Of a stretch of DNA of 64,000 bases, positions 58,458-64,000 are shown piece by piece. Source of the DNA: Candidatus Altiarchaeota archaeon (lineage in GTDB: Archaea; Altiarchaeota; Altiarchaeia; IMC4; SCGC-AAA252-I15); the NCBI GenBank assembly GCA_043800255.1, contig JAZDNF010000009.1:1-64000 (forward strand). Direction: 5' to 3'. Within the stretch, counting starts at the first letter, position 1; each line of letters starts with the position of its first letter. The position numbers and the translations under genes are program-made. The notes below the pieces were generated by a model. The model was not told where the DNA came from and did no database searches. It saw only the letters and a program-made list of their open reading frames with translations.

Positions 58458-59942
58458 GCCGTTCTGCTCCAGCTTGATGCCCTCCTTGATCTCAGCTATG
58501 ACCGACTTCGGGTTCGTCTGATATCTTTGGAGGTAGGTTATCACGTCCTTGTTCTCTTTTATGCCCTTCTTCAGCATGTACTCTAGGACTTTCTCCCTGA
58601 TGTATATCTCAGTGTTAAGCCTCTTCTTGGATATGCCGCATGTTTTGGCGATCTTCTCCTTCAGCATTATAGGATACTCTGTCCTGTTGATCTTGTCCTC
58701 AGTCATGTTCCAACTGTAGATGTCTCCCATCTGCACGACGTCCTTTTCGACGCCAGTGATCTCGGCAACCTGCGTGACCCTCCTCATGAGGCCCCTGCTC
58801 CTGTCGAATATCCTGTTCACGACCACTATCATGTCAATCAGAGGTATCATCCGGATCGGGACGTCCATGGGCGCCTCCATCATCCTGATGGTAGTCTCCC
58901 TCGCGTTGTTCGCGTGGATCGTGCCCATCGAGCCGTTCAAGCCGATGTCCATGGCAACCAGGAGAGTCTCAGCCTCCGCGCCTCTGACTTCGCCGACCAT
59001 CACCCGGTCAGGCCTCATCCGGAGGGAGTTCTTCAATAGGCTGTGCAGGTCCAGGCGGCTGCTGTCGCTGGTCGCATAGGGCGAGCCCTCCAATGCGACC
59101 CAGTTTTCTATGAATGAGAAGTTCAACTCCAGAGTGTCCTCCACAGTGACGATTCTCTCGGTGTTCGGTATGCACATGGCAAGCGCGTTCAACAGGGTTG
59201 TCTTCCCGCTGCCAGCGCCTCCCGCGATCAGTATGTCAAGCGGCTCGATTCCGAAGCCCTCCACCGCAACCCACAGGAACGCGGCAAGCTCCGCGCTCAG
59301 GCTGCCCAACTCTATGAGGTTCACGATGTTGTAGGGTATCTTCTTGAACTTTCGGATGGTGATTGCCGGACCATAGGGAGCTGCAGGCGATACCACGACG
59401 TTGGCTCTGCTGCCGTCCGGCATGTGGGCGTCAAGCAGGGGGGATTTGTCGTTGACCTCCCTGCCAGCGTACCTTGAAAGCCAGTTTATGATGCTATTGA
59501 TCTGCTCTATGGACTTGCACTGGAGGTTAGTCACGCACATGCCGTGCTTGCGGTGGAAGACGTATATCGGCACCTTTATGCCGTTCACCATAATCTCTTC
59601 CAATGCATCGTCTCTCATCAGCTCGCCCAGGATGCCGTATCCCAAGAAGACCTCGTCCATCACGATGGAAACGAGCCGGTCGATGTTCTTCTGGGAGACG
59701 TTCCTGCCCTCAAGCTGCTTTTGCAGATAGTCTCTGAGGAACTTCTCCTTGTCGGTTGACGATTTTATAGTCTCAAGGTCCTTCATGACGGACTTGAAGT
59801 CGGAGACCAGAGTCCGGGGGTCGGATATTATGAGCTTCTCGTCGTCGTTGAACTCTGGCTTTAGCAGAACGTACTTGGGGAGAGATTCCTCGTCGGTTTT
59901 TACAATCTTAACGTTCCCGTATGAGTCTATGACATCAGGCAT
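58452..59942 (-). CDS. Stand-alone CpaF/VirB11 family secretion ATPase
   Basis: EEIMVNG, GGAGSGKT, VEDTLE, LRMRPDRVMVGEVRG, TIHAN. Confidence 0.9.
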   Translation of the reverse strand: MPDVIDSYGNVKIVKTDEESLPKYVLLKPEFNDDEKLIISDPRTLVSDFKSVMKDLETIKSSTDKEKFLRDYLQKQLEGRNVSQKNIDRLVSIVMDEVFLGYGILGELMRDDALEEIMVNGIKVPIYVFHRKHGMCVTNLQCKSIEQINSIINWLSRYAGREVNDKSPLLDAHMPDGSRANVVVSPAAPYGPAITIRKFKKIPYNIVNLIELGSLSAELAAFLWVAVEGFGIEPLDILIAGGAGSGKTTLLNALAMCIPNTERIVTVEDTLELNFSFIENWVALEGSPYATSDSSRLDLHSLLKNSLRMRPDRVMVGEVRGAEAETLLVAMDIGLNGSMGTIHANNARETTIRMMEAPMDVPIRMIPLIDMIVVVNRIFDRSRGLMRRVTQVAEITGVEKDVVQMGDIYSWNMTEDKINRTEYPIMLKEKIAKTCGISKKRLNTEIYIREKVLEYMLKKGIKENKDVITYLQRYQTNPKSVIAEIKEGIKLEQNGS

Positions 59943-59973
59943 AGATATTAATTCGAATCAGGTTAAAAAAACG

Positions 59974-60557
59974 CTACTGACAGGTGTTGACGCCCTCATA
60001 GCACTTGAGGGTGCCGCCGCATTTCTCAACAGGGGATTGGAATGCCGAATATGTCCGCCATTCCCCCACAAGTACTGTGCTAGGGTCCCTGCAGACCGGC
60101 TTATCCTGTCTCAGGTTGAGGAAGTGCTGGGGATAGGGGGTGTGGATTCTTCCGCAGTTATTGACGTCTCAGAGCGGTTCTCGGTTTTGTCGCACAAAGA
60201 GTTCGAATTCAAGTCCAAGCAGCATCCGCCGCCGTCCCTGATGTAGGGAGGGTTGCATATCACTGCAGGGGTCTTGCTCTTGGGCTCTGACGGCGACAGA
60301 AGGGCTGCCAGAAGGGCTATTAGTATTACGATAATGACAGCGACGCCGGCATAGGCTAAGGGCTTTCGGTTCTTAACCTCACCAACCGCCTTTGGCCTGG
60401 GCTTCCCCTCGCTCAATCTCAGGTAGTTCTCATAGGCGTCAAAGCTCGTGAAGACTATGGGCTGGCCCTTGTAACCGCAACTGTTGCACACGTATGTTCC
60501 GTCTTCTCCCTTTGACAGGCTGGTGCCGTTACACTTCACGCAAACTTCGACTGCCAT
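59974..60557 (-). pseudogene. Zinc-ribbon/TM/Cys-rich surface protein with an apparent -1 frameshift near 60114
   Basis: MAVEVCVKC...CNSC, TM, Cys module, S/T linker to TGA at 60111; the -1 frame continues LRQDKPVCRDP...EKCGGTLKCYEGVNTCQ* to 59974. Confidence 0.6.
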
Positions 60558-61375
60558 TTTCTTATGCCATCTGCGTTCAAGCCTATCAGAGGCTGGAATA
60601 CAGGCAGATTGGATTCTAATATTCTCGCATTCTCGCCGGATACTAGGGCATCGCATTCCTGCTCGGATGCCATCCTCTCGGCCTTATTAATGCCAACGCT
60701 TCCCTTAAGAATGAATGATTCGCTCCCATCGGAGTAGTATCTGACCTTTTCCCTGTTCTCTTCCCTGTCAGTCACTCCGACCAAGCTGCACCCCCTCCTC
60801 AGCATCATAAGCGCTGCGGTTAGGTCAGAGTCAGTATGGAGGAGAGCGAGAACCCTTCCCTGAGTCCCGACTGGGAGCCCTCCCATCCCATCAATCCTTT
60901 TGGAGTAGACGTATGCTGTATCGCCTGAGACGTCGATGCTGACAGTCACGTCAGGGTTTTCCAGGTCTACCTTGGCTTTGCAGTTCACCCGTATTATGTC
61001 GCCAACCTCCGACTCAATAGCTCTCCCGGATATGCTCCGGTCTCCCATCTTGTTGACTCGTACTGCGAACGTGTCGCCCTCTGAGAGCTCAGCCTTGGCC
61101 AGCCTCAGGGCAGCATCATTCAACCCGCTGACCTCGGACTCCAGGGACGGGCTCGTTGATGTTACGCCAAAGGCCCTGGCAGCCCGCTCAGCCACCCTCC
61201 CAGGGTCATCGGCCTTTATGTAAATCCTGTGCCTCTTCTGGTACAATCTCGCGTCCAAGCCCTCCTTCTCCAGGGAATGCTGTAGGTTCCCTGAGAGCTT
61301 GTCCATGAACCGTCTCCTCACCGGATCGCTCTTCAAGAAAATCTCGCCATACCTTACGATAACGGTGTCGTACAT
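60536..61375 (-). CDS. THUMP-domain ThiI-like protein with degenerate PP-loop
   Basis: VRYGEIFLKS, VDLENPD, GMGGLPVGTQG; SGGxDS replaced by HTDSD. Confidence 0.78.
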   Translation of the reverse strand: MYDTVIVRYGEIFLKSDPVRRRFMDKLSGNLQHSLEKEGLDARLYQKRHRIYIKADDPGRVAERAARAFGVTSTSPSLESEVSGLNDAALRLAKAELSEGDTFAVRVNKMGDRSISGRAIESEVGDIIRVNCKAKVDLENPDVTVSIDVSGDTAYVYSKRIDGMGGLPVGTQGRVLALLHTDSDLTAALMMLRRGCSLVGVTDREENREKVRYYSDGSESFILKGSVGINKAERMASEQECDALVSGENARILESNLPVFQPLIGLNADGIRKWQSKFA

Positions 61376-61390
61376 TCGAACTGAGAAGAA

Positions 61391-61750
61391 TCAACCAGCA
61401 TCCTTCGGCTTCGAGTATCCTTTCAAGGCGCCTTCAAGCTCCTCGCGCATCTCCTTCGACTTCTCAGTCAGCTTGGCTTCCTGCTTCTCGATGAGTTTTA
61501 TGCGCGCGTCGTTCGTCTCCCTGGTCTCCTTGACGTCCTTCTGGCTCTCATCCTTGCGGGTCTCGATGAAAAGCGGGCCGGAAGCCTTGTAAACTTTGCC
61601 GACGCCCGGCTTTTCCAGCTCGCTTGCGGCGTTCTCAAGCTCGTTGTTCTGCATTATGAGCTGCTGCTTCTGGTAGACTATCATCTGCAGCTGGTTCTGG
61701 ATGTTCTGGAACTGCATCAGCCTGTCCTGCACCTGTTTTGGTAGGTCCAT
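61391..61750 (-). CDS. pfdB: Prefoldin subunit beta
   Basis: LPKQVQ...Q-rich coiled coil, VYKASG; conserved operon context. Confidence 0.9.
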   Translation of the reverse strand: MDLPKQVQDRLMQFQNIQNQLQMIVYQKQQLIMQNNELENAASELEKPGVGKVYKASGPLFIETRKDESQKDVKETRETNDARIKLIEKQEAKLTEKSKEMREELEGALKGYSKPKDAG

Positions 61751-61751
61751 C

Positions 61752-61982
61752 TTATCTCACTATATCGCCCGCCATCATCACCCACCTGAGGTAGGTGTTA
61801 AGCGACGCCCTGAGGGCGTGTAGGTCGTCGGCTGTGATGTCCAACTGCAGGCCGTCGCCAAGCGGTGTTACTTTGACGGCCGACCGGCGCTGCATGTCGC
61901 TCCCAGCCTCCAACGCCAGCGCGGACGCGATTATCTTCGCGTCCGAAGCCGGCATGCTAATCTTGATGTCAAGTTCGTTCAT
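61752..61982 (-). CDS. pcc1: KEOPS complex subunit Pcc1
   Basis: ITADDLHALRASLNTYLRW; start MNELD overlaps the rpo12 stop (ATGA). Confidence 0.85.
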   Translation of the reverse strand: MNELDIKISMPASDAKIIASALALEAGSDMQRRSAVKVTPLGDGLQLDITADDLHALRASLNTYLRWVMMAGDIVR

Positions 61983-62131
61983 CTGGCTATTATGGACTTC
62001 ACGACGTTTGTCGGCCGCTTCTTGACCCAGATGTTCGACCTCTTCTCCTTGCACTTCGAGCACTTAAGCTTGTTTGACAATATCTTCGCGTAATCTTCCT
62101 CTGATCCGCATTCCATGCAAACGTAACTCAT
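61979..62131 (-). CDS. rpo12: RNA polymerase subunit P (Rpo12); not in the ORF track
   Basis: MSYVCMECGSEEDYAKILSNKLKCSKCKEKRSNIWVKKRPTNVVKSIIAR*; canonical position between rpl37ae and pcc1. Confidence 0.82.
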   Translation of the reverse strand: MSYVCMECGSEEDYAKILSNKLKCSKCKEKRSNIWVKKRPTNVVKSIIAR

Positions 62132-62373
62132 TCTGTCTCCTCCACTGATTTAGTCTCACGGGTTAAGAGGAACGCTCCGCCTGAGAACCTGTTCTTGCAT
62201 GACCTGCACTCCCAGATTCCCTTCGACACCCTCTTGATCTTGATCTTCCCGCAGGAGGGGCATCTGACGTTCTTGGACTTCTCCTCTATCTTGAGGTTCT
62301 GGTCTCTGAGCTTCCTGCCCACCCGGATACCATACCTCCCCATGCTGCCTACCTTTTTCGTGTGGCTGTACAT
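62128..62373 (-). CDS. rpl37ae: 50S ribosomal protein L37Ae
   Basis: TKKVG..GRYG, CPSC, GIWECRSC, FSGGA. Confidence 0.92.
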   Translation of the reverse strand: MYSHTKKVGSMGRYGIRVGRKLRDQNLKIEEKSKNVRCPSCGKIKIKRVSKGIWECRSCKNRFSGGAFLLTRETKSVEETE

Positions 62374-62412
62374 TTTCTAGTCCTATAATTTAAGGAAAGG
62401 GTATTAAAAAAC

Positions 62413-63186
62413 CTAACCTTCGACCAGTTTCCTTATATCGGCTGCCTTTTCGAACGCCATATCGATGATGCTCTCTATTTCAGCCTCCGTGAACGAGCCG
62501 TCGCCCCCCTTCTGCATCGCGTTTATTGTGTCGCTGGTCGCAACGGTCAGCCTCGCATCTGTCGCATATTCCTCGTCCAGGTTAGGGTCGAAAAGCACCC
62601 TGCCAGCTATCTTAGAGGCTGTGACCGAGAGAGGCAGGCACGTCAGGTTCAGGTCCCTGTCAGGCTCTCTCACCACAATGCCGTCCTCGAATTTCGGGAT
62701 TTTCGCATTGTACAATGCCGTTACAGAAGCCATGTTCGCTGCATCAAACAGGTTCCCGTCGTTATCGAGAACGTGTATGTCCAAGTAGACGACCCAGACA
62801 TTCTCATCGTCTATCTTCAGCTTCTCGAAGTCTATCGCTCCAGACTCGCGGATGCCCCTGTCGACTACCCTCGCAAGCTCTATCGAATCCTCCCTCGGAG
62901 GACCGGTCTCGAAATTCGGATCCGCTAAGGGTCTGAGTTCGACACTGGTCGTAAGAACGCCCGAATCCGGCGAATCAGAGTACGGTTCCCCGGCATCGAA
63001 GCTGACTCCTGCAAGAACCTGCGTGTCGCCCAGTTTCACGAGGGCTGAGCCCTCAGCCTTAGACTCCACGTAGTCCTTTAATAGTTCTATCCGGCGGAAC
63101 TCGTCCATAGCCCTGCCGTCGACCCTTTTTCCGTCCAGCACAATGTTGGTTATGTAATCCTTTTTAAGGTGTTTTTCGATGTTCAT
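62413..63186 (-). CDS. rrp42: Exosome subunit Rrp42
   Basis: [34 protein letters not shown]. Confidence 0.93.
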   Translation of the reverse strand: MNIEKHLKKDYITNIVLDGKRVDGRAMDEFRRIELLKDYVESKAEGSALVKLGDTQVLAGVSFDAGEPYSDSPDSGVLTTSVELRPLADPNFETGPPREDSIELARVVDRGIRESGAIDFEKLKIDDENVWVVYLDIHVLDNDGNLFDAANMASVTALYNAKIPKFEDGIVVREPDRDLNLTCLPLSVTASKIAGRVLFDPNLDEEYATDARLTVATSDTINAMQKGGDGSFTEAEIESIIDMAFEKAADIRKLVEG

Positions 63187-63914
63187 TCTTGCTCACCCTC
63201 GTTTTTCAGACTCTCGCACAGAGCCGCATTCTGCAGCTCGTTTATCTTCCTGCAGCCGTCCAGCGCCATGCCGAACGCCTTCTTGAACTCGTCCTTCGAA
63301 AGCTTCCCGTCCATCTGAAGCAGGACTATCTCCCCCGTATGGGGGTTCAAGGCTACGGGGACGTCGCTTTCGCCGAAGTTGTCCTCCTCCTTAGCGAGGT
63401 CGACTACTATTTCACCGCCCACCTTGCCTGCAGCGCAGGACGCGATTATGCCCTTCATAGGGATTCCGGCATCCACCAGCGCGAGGGCTGCGGTCGTCAG
63501 GCCGGCGCATCTCGTGCCAGCGTCAGCTTGCAGTATCTCGATGAAGACGTCAACGACGGCGTTCGGAAAACGTTCCAAAAGCACGACGTTGTTCAACGCC
63601 TCAGTCGTTATCTTCGATATCTCAACGGACCTTCGGTCAGGCCCAGGCCGCTTCCTGTCGTCCACAGAGAACGGCGCCATGTTGTAGACGCACCTGACGA
63701 TGCACTTCGTCGGGTCCTGCAGGAACTTAGGGTACAGGTAGCGGGGACCGTATACGGCAGCCAGCACCTTGTTGTTGCCCCATTCAACGTAGGCGGACCC
63801 GTTAGCCCTCTTCAGCACGCCCACCTTCATCTTAACATCCCTTAGCTCGTCAGGTTTCCTTCCGTCCAACCTGACTCCGTCCTTTATCAGGACAATGTCA
63901 TGTTTCTTTGCCAT
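63183..63914 (-). CDS. rrp41: Exosome subunit Rrp41
   Basis: [33 protein letters not shown]; start 63914 (alternative 63929). Confidence 0.93.
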   Translation of the reverse strand: MAKKHDIVLIKDGVRLDGRKPDELRDVKMKVGVLKRANGSAYVEWGNNKVLAAVYGPRYLYPKFLQDPTKCIVRCVYNMAPFSVDDRKRPGPDRRSVEISKITTEALNNVVLLERFPNAVVDVFIEILQADAGTRCAGLTTAALALVDAGIPMKGIIASCAAGKVGGEIVVDLAKEEDNFGESDVPVALNPHTGEIVLLQMDGKLSKDEFKKAFGMALDGCRKINELQNAALCESLKNEGEQE

Positions 63915-63918
63915 CTTA

Positions 63919-64000
63919 TTACCTCTCATCTAATAATCGTGATATTCTGTCTGTCAGGCCTGAACTCTGCGCCTCAGCCTCTATCTTCTTGACGACTGAC
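63919..64000 (-). CDS. rrp4: Exosome RNA-binding subunit Rrp4, C-terminal end (partial)
   Basis: ...[25 protein letters not shown], immediately upstream of rrp41. Confidence 0.75.
   Translation of the reverse strand, partial: SVVKKIEAEAQSSGLTDRISRLLDER

Overview
Gene-dense archaeal chromosome segment. Archaeal markers include Cdc6/Orc1, aIF-1A, the exosome/Rpo12/Pcc1/prefoldin superoperon, Rps8e, NAC and a tRNA with a BHB-type intron. H4MPT-linked genes (RFA-P synthase, Ftr, CitG-family) and many Ser/Thr-linked Cys-rich surface proteins suggest Altiarchaeota or a similar lineage; this assignment is inference only. Most of the window is housekeeping and amino-acid or central metabolism. I saw no CRISPR array, rRNA or transposase. 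Highlights: (1) an unannotated 31-aa leader ORF with six consecutive Leu codons and a hairpin over its stop codon, directly upstream of leuA, a candidate ribosome-mediated attenuator in an archaeon; (2) a type IV/Tad-like pilus operon containing a bacterial Soj-like ParA, a 65-aa mini-protein keeping only the ParB N-terminal ParA-activating peptide, and a pilus ATPase whose N-terminal wHTH-like repeats resemble the ParA N-terminal extension; (3) two surface-protein genes whose Cys-rich C-terminal domains lie in the -1 frame behind a stop; (4) two structured intergenic elements sharing a motif; (5) four single-domain KaiC-like ATPases around a divergent sepF/cdc6 pair; (6) a MoxR-DUF58-vWA membrane operon. 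All calls come from reading the sequence by eye; no searches were run.
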